This document shows, piece after piece, positions 1 to 10,211 of a DNA stretch of 64,000 bases (position 1 is the stretch's first letter; the number at the start of each line of letters is the position of its first letter). The stretch comes from Polyangia bacterium. GTDB taxonomy: Bacteria > Myxococcota_A > Polyangia > JAAYKL01. The notes under the pieces were generated by a model. The model was not told the origin of the DNA, did not search any database, and saw only the letters and a program-made list of their open reading frames with translations. The stretch spans positions 103,233-167,232 of the forward strand of contig JBNKCR010000017.1 of NCBI GenBank assembly GCA_050287845.1, written 5' to 3'. A program made the translations under genes and the position numbers.

Positions 1-418
1 GTTTGACCAGCGAGGACAAAACCGCCACGCCCACGCTGAAATTTTTGGAATGAATCACGGGAATATGCGCGGCTGCCCGGGTAATTTTCTGCAGGGTGGC
101 GTCGTTGACGCCGGTGATGCCGCAGACCAGTGGTTTTTTCAGTTGGACAGCCACATCAATCACCTGGTCCGCTGCCGTTGCCAGACTGACGTCCAGGATG
201 ACATCACAGGAAGCGGCGGCGGTCTGTAAATCAGCCACCACCGGAACGCCGAGCGCGCCGGTCTGCGCCAGCTCACCGATGTCTTTACCCAGAAGTGGAG
301 ACCCGTCGTATTCCACCGCTGCGCCAATCCGGGTGTGGGGATGGGCCACGGCGGCTCTGGTAATTTCCTTTCCCATTCTGCCTGCTGCGCCCACAAGGGC
401 GATTTTTATTTCTGACAT
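1..418 (-). CDS. dapB: 4-hydroxy-tetrahydrodipicolinate reductase (5' part; runs off window start)
   Basis: Not in ORF track. Manual translation from ATG at 418: MSEIKIALVGAAGRMGKEITRAA...GKDIGELAQ...DVILDVS...KPLVCGITG...IPVIHSKNFSVGV. Shows the GAAGRMG Rossmann motif, a G(T/I)TG motif and NFSVGV. AGAGG RBS upstream. Confidence 0.93.
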   Translation of the reverse strand, partial: MSEIKIALVGAAGRMGKEITRAAVAHPHTRIGAAVEYDGSPLLGKDIGELAQTGALGVPVVADLQTAAASCDVILDVSLATAADQVIDVAVQLKKPLVCGITGVNDATLQKITRAAAHIPVIHSKNFSVGVAVLSSLVK

Positions 419-559
419 GATGATATACCTCTTTTTATACTCATTTTTCTGTCCCGGTCGGGTCGGTGTCCGGCCAGGATATCGGCTATAATGCGGATGA
501 CAGCATACTGGTTATGTATGTAAATACAAGAGCAGACCGTATATGGGTGATGGCATGAA

Positions 560-2788
560 ATGAACGATGTTTTAAAAAAAACCGGCGCAAAACCCGTTGC
601 GGTCAGCTTCGGGTTTTTCCTGGGACTGTTCGCCACCCTGTCGCAGGTTCTCGTGATGCGGGAGTTTCTGGCCCTGCCGGGGATTGGCGAATTGTCCATG
701 GGGATGGTGCTGTTTTCCTGGCTCTGTTTCATCAGCGTGGGCGCATTTCTCGGTAAACGTATCGCCTTGTCGTCGGGGGTCATGTCGGGGGTGTCCCTGC
801 TGGCCATGGTGATGTTGCCGGGCTGTCTGCTGGTGGTCCGATTTTACGGGAACATTTTCGGAATTGTGCTGGGTGCACCGCCTGAACTCGAAGTTTTTAT
901 GGCGTTGTGCGTGTTGTCGACCCTGCCCGCCGGTGTACTGTCCGGATTCTTTTTTACCGGATTCACAGAATTGCCGGCGTCCAAATCCCTTGCGGCAATT
1001 CATTTTCTCTATCTGGGAGAAGGTGCGGGCGCGGCCGTGGCAGGACCCCTGTATGCGTTTGTTCTGTCGGAGACCGTCTCGCCCCTGGTGGCCATGGGGT
1101 TCTGTGGTGTTTTTCTTTCGTTGGCGATGGGTATCGGGCAACGGAATTCACCCCGAATTGTCCGCGCAATGATACCGGTGGTGGCGGTATCGGGGTGCGT
1201 CGGGTTATTTCTGTGTCACGCCGATGACGCTTCCTTCCGCCATGCATTTGAATCGCAGGCGGCCCGGGGAGAATATCTCGGATGTACCGATACCCATTAT
1301 CACCGCCTCTGCATGGGCCGTCTTCACGGGCAGTTTCAACTGTATCGGGACGGGCAGATGGCCTATGTGTTTCCCGAACCCTTTGATCGGCCGGGACCGG
1401 TTCATCTGGCACTGGCGCAGCACCCCCATCCCCGTCGGGTGCTCCTGTTGGGGGGGGGCATTGCCAATCGGCTCGCTGCGGCGCTGCGGCATCATCCGAA
1501 GTCCCTGCACTACCTTGAATTTGACCCCGGCGAGCTGTCGTTCGTGGCGCCGCGTCTGGATGCTGCCACCCAGCGGTCGGCCAGTCATCCGGCCGTGCGG
1601 ATTCACTCGGGATATAATCGGTCGTTTCTGGCGGCCCATCCCGGGCAATTCGATGTGATTGTGCAATTCACCGCCTCTCCCCTGACCGCTGCTGAAAATG
1701 GGGACCACACCGTGGAATTTTACCGGGCAGTGAATCAGGCGCTGGCGCCGGGGGGCGTGTTTACCGTCGTATCCCGGGGCAGCGCCAACGTGGCGTCGCC
1801 ACCGGCGGCCGCGCTGGTGGCGGGCAAGGCGCGTACCCTTCGGCAGGTGTTTTCGGATGTGATTCCCGTTGTGGATGTGGAGACGTACTTCTTTGCCGGC
1901 AATGGGGCAACGCTCACAACGGATGCCCGAATACTTGCCGGGCGGCTGAACGCCATTGATCCCCAACTGGTGTATGCATCGAGAGTTGCCGACATCTTTG
2001 CACCGTTGCGGCTGGCCCGGAGCCGTCAATTGATTGCTGCGTCTGCCGGTGATGTGAACCGGGATGCGCATCCCCGCACGTTTCTTCATACCCTGGATTT
2101 GCAGCGATGGATTCGTCAGTCGGCGGTGGGAGCGGCGACCATGGCGAAAGCCGATTGGCGTTCCGATTCCACCGACCGCACCCGGCACTGGGGGGCGGTG
2201 GTGTCCGCGGGATTGCTGGTGCTGGCAGGACTGTTGTCCGTGATCCGGCGTCACCGACGATTGCCGACAGAAGCCATTTCCGTGGCCACCACGGGAATGT
2301 GCGGTCTGGGGTTGGAAGTGATTCTGATTTACTGGTATTCGGTGACCCATGGCGGGGTGTATCACCACATTGCGTGGCTTCTGTCGGAATTCATGTTCGG
2401 GCTGGCCGTCGGGGCTTTTATCGGCCATCACTTCGGAAAACGACGCGGCATGTGTCTGGTGGCGGACCTGTCCGTGGTTCTGGTGTTGCTCGCAACCTCG
2501 CTGGCGGTTTCAGGGGTTGCTGCCTTTCCGTTGCCCACCGCCCCGTTGATGATTCTGGCAGGCAGCGCTACCGGATTTGCCTTTCCCGTGTTTCTGGACC
2601 GGATCTTTGCCGCGAAGCACCATCGGGCGGTCCCGTTGATGGTGGCGGCAGACCACCTCGGGGCAGCGGCCGGTGCACTGCTGGTTTCCGTTGTCTGGCT
2701 CCCCTGGTTTGGACTGAACTGGACATGTGTTCTGTTGTTGATCTTCAAAGTTCCGCTCTTGATTAAATATTTGATCCAAAAATGTTAA
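560..2788 (+). CDS. Polytopic membrane protein with central spermidine-synthase-like (SAM-binding) domain
   Basis: TM bundles at both ends flank RRVLLLGGG..YLEFDP..FDVIV..TVEFYRAVNQALAPGGV, the layout of fused MFS/spermidine-synthase-like proteins. Confidence 0.75.
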   Translation: MNDVLKKTGAKPVAVSFGFFLGLFATLSQVLVMREFLALPGIGELSMGMVLFSWLCFISVGAFLGKRIALSSGVMSGVSLLAMVMLPGCLLVVRFYGNIFGIVLGAPPELEVFMALCVLSTLPAGVLSGFFFTGFTELPASKSLAAIHFLYLGEGAGAAVAGPLYAFVLSETVSPLVAMGFCGVFLSLAMGIGQRNSPRIVRAMIPVVAVSGCVGLFLCHADDASFRHAFESQAARGEYLGCTDTHYHRLCMGRLHGQFQLYRDGQMAYVFPEPFDRPGPVHLALAQHPHPRRVLLLGGGIANRLAAALRHHPKSLHYLEFDPGELSFVAPRLDAATQRSASHPAVRIHSGYNRSFLAAHPGQFDVIVQFTASPLTAAENGDHTVEFYRAVNQALAPGGVFTVVSRGSANVASPPAAALVAGKARTLRQVFSDVIPVVDVETYFFAGNGATLTTDARILAGRLNAIDPQLVYASRVADIFAPLRLARSRQLIAASAGDVNRDAHPRTFLHTLDLQRWIRQSAVGAATMAKADWRSDSTDRTRHWGAVVSAGLLVLAGLLSVIRRHRRLPTEAISVATTGMCGLGLEVILIYWYSVTHGGVYHHIAWLLSEFMFGLAVGAFIGHHFGKRRGMCLVADLSVVLVLLATSLAVSGVAAFPLPTAPLMILAGSATGFAFPVFLDRIFAAKHHRAVPLMVAADHLGAAAGALLVSVVWLPWFGLNWTCVLLLIFKVPLLIKYLIQKC

Positions 2789-2908
2789 ACTAACGTTTAA
2801 TTGGCAACAGTTACACTGTATTTTCTTTTTTTTCTATGCTACAACCCGCAGATTAGTTATTTATATTGACCGCAAATTGACATTTTTTTTTGGGGTAAGG
2901 AGCAAGAT

Positions 2909-3541
2909 ATGAAGCGGATTACCGTTGTTTGTTTGGCAGTTTTATCAGTGTTGTTCGTCTTTTCGGCATGTGGCGAAGAGCAGAGCGCCAGCGTGCAAGT
3001 GACCCAGATGAGCGGTTATAAACCGAATCTGCCGCCAGTTCCCAGTATTCCAAAACCATCCGTTCCGGAAACCTATTCAGATGGCTCCTACTCGGTGTAT
3101 GGTTTGCGCAAGAACGTGGGTAAAACCATGGGGACTCAGGTTGAGGTCACCGCTTATATCGTGAAGATATATGAAAAGCCCGAATGCGCGGAAGGCCAGA
3201 CCTGTCACGTGATGATGCCGCACCTTTATCTTGCGGATGAACAGGGTGAAAAGCTGACCAAACGTCATATTCGTCTGGTGGGATTTGCCCAGAGCTTCAA
3301 GGAAATGGAAGAGGAAAAAGAGCGCGCGCTGAAAGGCCAGGCACCTGAGGAATTGCCCGAAGGCGTGTATCTGCCCCCAGTGGTCTGGGATTGGCGTGAA
3401 GGCCACAAATACAAGATTAAAGCCGCTTTCGTAAATCGTTCCAGTGCCGGTTTCATGGATACCGATGGTCTTCTGGAATACAAAGGTCACGAATGTCTGG
3501 ACTGCCCGGCGGAAGAAGAAACCGGCAAGAAAAAACGCTGA
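2909..3541 (+). CDS. Hypothetical lipoprotein
   Basis: AAGGAG RBS; signal peptide with lipobox FSAC; Pro-rich linker. Confidence 0.75.
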   Translation: MKRITVVCLAVLSVLFVFSACGEEQSASVQVTQMSGYKPNLPPVPSIPKPSVPETYSDGSYSVYGLRKNVGKTMGTQVEVTAYIVKIYEKPECAEGQTCHVMMPHLYLADEQGEKLTKRHIRLVGFAQSFKEMEEEKERALKGQAPEELPEGVYLPPVVWDWREGHKYKIKAAFVNRSSAGFMDTDGLLEYKGHECLDCPAEEETGKKKR

Positions 3542-3790
3542 CCCGATTCCCTCTCCCTCTGCCCCAATCTCTTCTGGTCGCAATTCCCGTAACATACAGT
3601 TGGTGCTCATAGATGGTGCATGTATCACTTTACCGGTTTCCGGTTTCTGCGCTCCGGAGAATGGATCACCGGGTCAGTCCGAGAAGGATAGACCCAATCA
3701 ATGGTCCAGCGAGATTGTTCAGGGTTTTTTTGATTCGGCAGGACAGGGGTGCGCTTCAGCTTTGAACGACTGAAGTTCAGTCTGGAACGG

Positions 3791-4357
3791 TCATTTCACC
3801 CGTTCAATGAATCGGCCATCCCGGGTATCCACTCTGATTTTCACCCCGGATTCCAGGTACGGGGGCACCTGCACCACCAGCCCTGTTTCCAGGGTGGCGG
3901 GTTTTAACTGGGCCTGTGCCGTGGCGCCTTTGAGGTTCGGGGTGGTATCCACCACTTCAAGTTCAACCGTGTTGGGTAATTCGATGCTGACCACTTCACC
4001 ATTGAACAGCATGGAGCGCATCTTCATTCCGTCGAGCATGTATCCGGAGAGATCGCCAATCCCTTCTTCGGACAGAGAGAACTGATCGTAGGTTTCCTCG
4101 TCCATGAAGTGAAATTCTGCGCCATCCCTGTAGAGATACTGTACTTCCCGCTTTTCGCAGTCGGCTTCGGCAAGCATTTCCCCGCCCCGCCATGACTTTT
4201 TAAGTACCGCCCCCGTAATCAGATTTTTTATTTTCGCCTTGGTCAGTGTACTGGCGCCGCGCGCTGAAGGCGCCTGAAACGACACTTCGGTGACCAGCCA
4301 CGGGGCAGCGTCGAGTTCCAGGATAAGTCCTTTTTTCAGATTGCTTGAATTGATCAT
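3791..4357 (-). CDS. yeiP: Elongation factor P-like protein (EfpL/YeiP subfamily)
   Basis: 188 aa from MINSSNLKKG. Loop PSARGAST instead of PGKG; YLY.DG, FMD.ETYDQ, KPATLETG, VPPYL..G..IRVDTR EF-P motifs. Confidence 0.88.
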   Translation of the reverse strand: MINSSNLKKGLILELDAAPWLVTEVSFQAPSARGASTLTKAKIKNLITGAVLKKSWRGGEMLAEADCEKREVQYLYRDGAEFHFMDEETYDQFSLSEEGIGDLSGYMLDGMKMRSMLFNGEVVSIELPNTVELEVVDTTPNLKGATAQAQLKPATLETGLVVQVPPYLESGVKIRVDTRDGRFIERVK

Positions 4358-4686
4358 GTAAACTCTTTTCCGTAAAGATACCCGATGTATCCACTCCGGA
4401 CCGCTGAACAATGATTCGGCCCATGGGCGCATTGTATAGCTCTGAATCCGGTGGTTTGTCAATTCCAGCTGTCGCCGTATCCCGGGTAGTGAATGCTGCG
4501 TTTCTGTTCAGCCGGTGAGCGTGTTTCTGCGAAATATGTCCAGTATTACCGGTAGAAATATCATAAATTCCACTTTTATTCCTTGCACATCACCCCAGCG
4601 GTTCCATAGCTATAGGCAGTTTCACACAATAATAATGTGGCCATATGATTTCGCGTTTTGCGAAACGTAACAGCAAGGAGCATGAA

Positions 4687-5526
4687 ATGAAACAATTCAA
4701 ATGTTCTGTTCTGATTTGTTGTTGCATGGTGCTGGGGGGCATCACCGGCTGCGGTTTGCTGGATCGCAGTTCTCCGGAGGAGTCAGACCAGAATGCAACA
4801 TCTGCAAAAATGGTGAAAGGTGAAGTCATCACCGAAGAGGATGCGATTCAGATTCGCGATAAAGCGGAAGAGGACGCCGAGGGAGCAAAAGAGGTCGCCG
4901 ATGGGGTGAATAAAATGGCGGCGTGTACCTATGAAGCGGCCCAGGCGGTGGCCCGTGCCTACCTGCTCTCCATGCCGGTGAAAGACGAAACCATTTCTCT
5001 GAGGGTTACCGAAGAGAGTCCCCTGAGCAAGTTTGTTGCGGACAACAAGGCACTCTTTGTGAAGGATGGCCCAGCCATCAGGTGTATTGCAGCACTGGGA
5101 GAGCAAATTACCGCGCTGGGTGAACAGTCATATGGCAGCAGTAATTCCATGCATCGGACAATCATGGGCAGGTGGGGCGGAAAATCCCCGGAGGCTGCGG
5201 CCAATGCGGCCGTTGCAGTGCAGAGTCACGGCGCCAGTATGTATCAGATGGGCGTGGAGATGCGCTGGCTGTCCAATGTGCTGCCGTCAATTGTCGATGG
5301 CCATTACGAGGCGTTCAACCGGGCGGATTCACCGTTGCGCCATCACCTGGACAATATTCGGGAGAAAAACGATGTCTCTGATGCCGCCATTCGTCCAGCC
5401 ATCACCACTGAAATGGAAGATGTGCTGAACGATACCCTCAATCAGTATGGACCGACGCTGGAAGACGAAATTGTGACCCTGGCGGGAACCCTGCCGACGA
5501 CGAGCGCCGAATCAGCTGACGAATAA
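4687..5526 (+). CDS. Hypothetical lipoprotein
   Basis: AAGGAG RBS before MKQFKC; lipobox ITGC. Its 3' end overlaps the convergent rseP by 15 bp. Confidence 0.7.
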   Translation: MKQFKCSVLICCCMVLGGITGCGLLDRSSPEESDQNATSAKMVKGEVITEEDAIQIRDKAEEDAEGAKEVADGVNKMAACTYEAAQAVARAYLLSMPVKDETISLRVTEESPLSKFVADNKALFVKDGPAIRCIAALGEQITALGEQSYGSSNSMHRTIMGRWGGKSPEAAANAAVAVQSHGASMYQMGVEMRWLSNVLPSIVDGHYEAFNRADSPLRHHLDNIREKNDVSDAAIRPAITTEMEDVLNDTLNQYGPTLEDEIVTLAGTLPTTSAESADE

Positions 5527-7251
5527 ACGGGCAATGTCCATGATCACTGCCCAGACCATGAGCATGATGGTCATAATGGCGCCGGTGACCAGGATGCGTT
5601 CCTGAATTCTGGTGGATAGACGGCGGCGCATGACTACCTCGGCAACAATTAAAAACAGCCGTCCCCCATCGAGAATGGGAATGGGGAGCAGCAGGTTCAT
5701 CAGGCCGAGATTGAGACTGACAAATCCCATGAATCCGAAAAAGGCGCTGGGGCCTTCCTGCCCGACCTGCGCGGCGGCGTGTCCGATTCCAATGGGGCCG
5801 CTGAACGCTTTGGGAGAGATATTTCCGGTTACCACGGATTTGAGTACATCAATAATCACTTCAGACCAGAACAGGGTCTGGCTGACGGACATGCGAAGGG
5901 CGTAGGCGCTTTTGTGCAGATTGGGAATGGGTTTTGGGCTGATCCCGAACCATTCCGTTGAATACGGCCGGATATGAAATCCGGGGTCGATGAGGTCATC
6001 TTCGACGCCCAGGTCTTTTTTATTGCCGGCGCCAACGAAATCTGCCCGGTATTCGGCCCGGTAAATTTTCCCCTCGCGCTGCCAGGACAGGGTGTGGGCT
6101 CTGGCATTGGTACCATCTTCGTTGACCTCAAGAATGCGGGACATGATTTCCCAGGAATTCAGCTTGTGGTTGTCAATGGCAATCAGTTCATCTCCCTGGC
6201 GCAGGCCAATTTTATCTGCCGGACCTCCCGGTGTCACGTTGAGCACGAATGCGTCGGCACTGCCGATACCAATATCGGCAAGAGATTTGAAATCGGCAGG
6301 AACGGTATAGTTGATCGTTTGTACATTGGCTTCAAATGCGGAGGGTTGCTTCCTGATGTCAATTCCGGCAGCTTCTCTGGCATTGGGAAAAAGGGACGAT
6401 GGGAGATTTCGTTTCAGCCTCGAAAAGCGGATGGCCACGGTCTGGCCGCGGACCTGCCGGAACGCGTTTTCGACATCGATGAGCTTTTCCACATCCCTGT
6501 TGTCAATGGCGGTGATTTTATCAAACGTCCGCAGTCCGGAAGGCGCGCCATCGTGACCCCGCTGAACCGAAATCACGGTGTTCGGATAAATGCCAATGAT
6601 GCCAATCTGGCCCCGGATGGTTTCGATGTGGCGAAGAAAAGGAATGTGATATTTGGGAATCTGTTTTGCTTCCGGTGTAATGGGAACGGAAATGGTCCGG
6701 CCGTCCCGCTTCACCAGCAATGTAATGGGCTGGTTGGCTTTGTCCTGAATGAGTTCCACCATGTGGTTGAAACTGAAGACCGGCGCATTGTCGATGGCGA
6801 TTACTTCGTCTCCGGACAGTAAACCGGCTTTCTCCGCGGGGCTGTTCTGTACAACCACGCCGATTTCAGCCGGTGGCAGCTCTTCCTGTCCCAGCGCGAG
6901 AAAGAAATAGAGAAACAGGGGAAAAATCAGATTCATGGCCGGTCCGGCGACATAAATGATAATTTTCTTCCAGGGCGCGATGCCCTGGATGGAGCGGCCC
7001 AGTTCCCCGGCACTGGTTTCTTCCCCCGGGTCTTCGCCGAGCATTCGCACATATCCGCCGATGGGGACGGCACTGATGCGATAATCGGTATCACCCTTCC
7101 GGAAGCCGAAGAGTCTGGGTCCCATCCCCAGAGAAAAAACGTGAACTTTTACGCCGAACAGTTTGGCAAAGATGAAATGACCACCTTCGTGAATAAAAAT
7201 CAGGATGCCGACGAGTAAGAGGAAATAGAAAATACCTGTGAAAACACTCAT
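5512..7251 (-). CDS. rseP: RIP metalloprotease RseP (M50) with PDZ domains
   Basis: HEGGH zinc motif, FSLGMGP, GGYVRM, AGPAMN, PDZ-like repeats (SPAEKAGLLSGD, GPADKIGLRQGD), NLLLPIPILDGG. Start reassigned to MSVFTG. Confidence 0.93.
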   Translation of the reverse strand: MSVFTGIFYFLLLVGILIFIHEGGHFIFAKLFGVKVHVFSLGMGPRLFGFRKGDTDYRISAVPIGGYVRMLGEDPGEETSAGELGRSIQGIAPWKKIIIYVAGPAMNLIFPLFLYFFLALGQEELPPAEIGVVVQNSPAEKAGLLSGDEVIAIDNAPVFSFNHMVELIQDKANQPITLLVKRDGRTISVPITPEAKQIPKYHIPFLRHIETIRGQIGIIGIYPNTVISVQRGHDGAPSGLRTFDKITAIDNRDVEKLIDVENAFRQVRGQTVAIRFSRLKRNLPSSLFPNAREAAGIDIRKQPSAFEANVQTINYTVPADFKSLADIGIGSADAFVLNVTPGGPADKIGLRQGDELIAIDNHKLNSWEIMSRILEVNEDGTNARAHTLSWQREGKIYRAEYRADFVGAGNKKDLGVEDDLIDPGFHIRPYSTEWFGISPKPIPNLHKSAYALRMSVSQTLFWSEVIIDVLKSVVTGNISPKAFSGPIGIGHAAAQVGQEGPSAFFGFMGFVSLNLGLMNLLLPIPILDGGRLFLIVAEVVMRRRLSTRIQERILVTGAIMTIMLMVWAVIMDIARLFVS

Positions 7252-7608
7252 GGCGATACAGTAACACACCTTCAGGGCCCTGCAATACGCTATTCGGCCC
7301 GGATGACCTTTGGGTTCAGTCGCAAAAGTGGAGACAACGGGCAAAATCGGATGGCATGCCTTTGGGGAAGGCAAACACACGGACGATGGAATATTCTGAT
7401 ATTTATGAATAATTTCAACCTTGTCCCCATATGACGGGATCCGGGTCGAATTTTAATGAAAACAGGGTCTTTTTATTTCAAAGAGGATAACGATGATGTA
7501 TTGTGCTCCACATGGTTTGATGTTGCCTGTTATTGGTTACTTGAATGTTGTTAAAAAAAGTAACTGTCAAACCGAACAAATTACTGATAGAAGACTGAAC
7601 ACTCATTT

Positions 7609-8898
7609 ATGGCAAAACGAGAAAAATACAAAGTCATTCGGAAACTTGATGCAGGCGGGATGGCCGAAGTTTATGAAGCGGTTGCCGAAGGTATCGAGGG
7701 ATTCGAAAAGAAGGTTGCCATAAAGCGTGTTCTGCCGCATCTGGCAGAGAACAAGAAGTTCATCGCCATGTTTCTCGACGAGGCGCGTATCAGTCTGCAC
7801 CTGAGTCACGCGAATGTGGTGAACGTTTTCGATATTGGACAGGCAGGCGGCACATATTTCATTGTCATGGAATATGTGGACGGCACCAACCTGAAGCATC
7901 TGATGAAGAAGCTGAAGGAACGCAAGCACATACTGCCTATCGAACAGTCCATTTACATCATCATGGAAGCATGCCGCGGTCTGGCGTATGCCCACAGTAT
8001 GCGAGACAGCAGGGGAAACAGTCTCAATATCGTGCATCGGGACGTATCCCCGCCGAATATTCTGATTTCCAATCAGGGCGAGGTGAAAATCGTCGACTTC
8101 GGTTTGGCCAAGGCCACCAGTCAACTGGAAAAGACCGATCCCGGCGTGGTGAAAGGCAAGTATGCTTACCTGTCTCCCGAAGCGGCTACGGGCAGACCCG
8201 TGGACTGGCGCATGGATATTTTCTGTTGCGGCATCGTGCTGTACGAGCTTCTGACCGGTCAGCGACTTTTCCTCGGGGATAGCGATGTCCAGACCATCCG
8301 GAACGTCCGGGAGGCAAATGTCCCTTCCATGCAGCAGTTCAATCCGAATATTCCGCTGGAGCTGGAGAATATTGTTCGTACGGCGTTGGCCAGGGATCCG
8401 GCGCAACGGTTTCAGTCCTGTGATGATTTTGCCGAATCGCTGGCAAATTTTCTGTTCACATTCCAATTGAAGGTAACCGGGTTCGACATTCGACGATCTG
8501 TGGAGCGAGTCATCGGCGATCCCCGCGGAGCCATGAATAAACAGGCAATCATCAATAAGTTCATCCAGGAAGAAATTGCGGTGTTTGCCTCCCTTGATAA
8601 AGAAATAACGTTGCGAACTGATTTGCCCTCCAGAGGGGTGAGCCCGCCGGGGGGACCGCTGGATGTATCCGGGGTGAGCAGTCCGATGGGCAGCTTACCC
8701 CCGGATAGGCGCAGAGATTCGAATCATCAGATTCCTCAGATGTATTCGCCCGGGGGGATGCAGCCACAGCTGCCACAGGACGATTATGAGGACGATGGTT
8801 CGGAGGATCGCCAGAATTTCTTTGTGGGACTGGCGGTTACCCTTGCAGTGGTCACCATCATTCTCGCAGTTGCCTGGGCATTGGGCTGGATTCCATAG
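7609..8898 (+). CDS. Hanks-type Ser/Thr protein kinase with C-terminal membrane anchor
   Basis: GGMAEVY, VAIK, HRDVSPPN, DFG, GKYAYLSPE; hydrophobic C-terminal helix. Confidence 0.95.
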   Translation: MAKREKYKVIRKLDAGGMAEVYEAVAEGIEGFEKKVAIKRVLPHLAENKKFIAMFLDEARISLHLSHANVVNVFDIGQAGGTYFIVMEYVDGTNLKHLMKKLKERKHILPIEQSIYIIMEACRGLAYAHSMRDSRGNSLNIVHRDVSPPNILISNQGEVKIVDFGLAKATSQLEKTDPGVVKGKYAYLSPEAATGRPVDWRMDIFCCGIVLYELLTGQRLFLGDSDVQTIRNVREANVPSMQQFNPNIPLELENIVRTALARDPAQRFQSCDDFAESLANFLFTFQLKVTGFDIRRSVERVIGDPRGAMNKQAIINKFIQEEIAVFASLDKEITLRTDLPSRGVSPPGGPLDVSGVSSPMGSLPPDRRRDSNHQIPQMYSPGGMQPQLPQDDYEDDGSEDRQNFFVGLAVTLAVVTIILAVAWALGWIP

Positions 8899-8997
8899 GC
8901 AAGTTTTTGGATATACATACAAAACCGTGTTATACGTATATCGTTATCACTTGAAATCGTCTTTTCGGATTTTATCCGGAAGTGAGCGAGGTTATGA

Positions 8998-9777
8998 ATG
9001 GGTAATGTTCTGAAAGTGGCTGGGTTGAGCGATGTAGGTCGCGAACGGGATCATAATGAGGATTGTTTCGGTATGTTTCCGGAGTTCAATCTCTTTGTTG
9101 TTGCGGATGGCATGGGGGGGCATCGCGCGGGTGATGTGGCTTCCAGAATCGCCGTGGATTCCATCGGGGAATTTTTTGTGGCCACTTCACGGGACGACAT
9201 TACATGGCCGTTTCAGTTTGATCCGAACTCCCCAACTTCCGTCAATCGCTTCGTGACCTCCATTCAGGTGGGAAACAGCAAAATTTTCAGGGAGTCCAGC
9301 GAAAGCGAAGATCATCAGGGGATGGGCACCACGGTGGTGGGGGTGATGGGCATCGAAGAAAACTCGGCGATGCATGTGGCCCATGTGGGGGATTCAAGAT
9401 GTTATCGCATCAGAGGCGGTGAGATTTCGGCGGTAACGCTGGATCATTCCCTGATCAACGATTATTTGCGGGCAGCGCCGGATTTGACTGAAGAACAGCT
9501 GGCGGAGCTGCCCACCAATGTGATTACCCGAGCGCTGGGAATGCAGGACAAAGTGCTGGTGGACGTACAGACCATCTCCGTGGAAAACGGCGATATTATG
9601 CTGCTGTGTTCCGACGGACTCAATGGCATGCTTCGGGATTCTGAAATTCTCGAAATCGTTGAAAAGCATCGCGCAGATCTCGATGAAGCAGCCAGGGCAC
9701 TGGTGGATGCGGCCAATGAGCAGGGCGGTGAGGACAACATCACAGTGATTCTGGTGGAAGTGGCTCCGGAATCCTGA
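8998..9777 (+). CDS. PP2C-family Ser/Thr phosphatase (Stp1/PrpC-like)
   Basis: GRERDHNED, VADGMGG, MGTT, HVGDSR, ITRALG, LCSDGL, GGEDNIT. Confidence 0.95.
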   Translation: MGNVLKVAGLSDVGRERDHNEDCFGMFPEFNLFVVADGMGGHRAGDVASRIAVDSIGEFFVATSRDDITWPFQFDPNSPTSVNRFVTSIQVGNSKIFRESSESEDHQGMGTTVVGVMGIEENSAMHVAHVGDSRCYRIRGGEISAVTLDHSLINDYLRAAPDLTEEQLAELPTNVITRALGMQDKVLVDVQTISVENGDIMLLCSDGLNGMLRDSEILEIVEKHRADLDEAARALVDAANEQGGEDNITVILVEVAPES

Positions 9778-9786
9778 TTGGTCAAA

Positions 9787-10185
9787 ATGAAATTCACGAT
9801 CATACCGGTTGTTTTCTTTCTCGTATTGGGGTGTGCGATTGCCGAAGGTCCGAGACAGAAGCTGGATCGCGGCGTATTTCAGTTTCACGAGGGGCTTCGC
9901 TGGGGCCGGCAGAGTGATGTACTGCCCGTGGTGGATGAGCAGGCCCGTGACCATTTTGAGAAGATGCATGCCGGATGGGGAACCGATATTCAGATATCTT
10001 CCGCCGATGTGATACAGATGGTATACGATGATAAAAATCGTAAAGCCGTGGTGAGCGTTCGCTTTTCGTGGTTTCGAAAGAAGGAATTGGACGTCTACGA
10101 AACGGTCACCCGCCAGAATTGGGAGTACCGCACGGGAAAATGGTGGCTGGTGGCTGAAGAGCACTTCTCCGGTCAGCCATTCTGA
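9787..10185 (+). CDS. Hypothetical lipoprotein
   Basis: MKFTIIPVVFFLVLGC lipobox; directly follows the phosphatase gene. Confidence 0.7.
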   Translation: MKFTIIPVVFFLVLGCAIAEGPRQKLDRGVFQFHEGLRWGRQSDVLPVVDEQARDHFEKMHAGWGTDIQISSADVIQMVYDDKNRKAVVSVRFSWFRKKELDVYETVTRQNWEYRTGKWWLVAEEHFSGQPF

Positions 10186-10211
10186 ATCCGCCGGTTGCGC
10201 GTTTCATTTCA

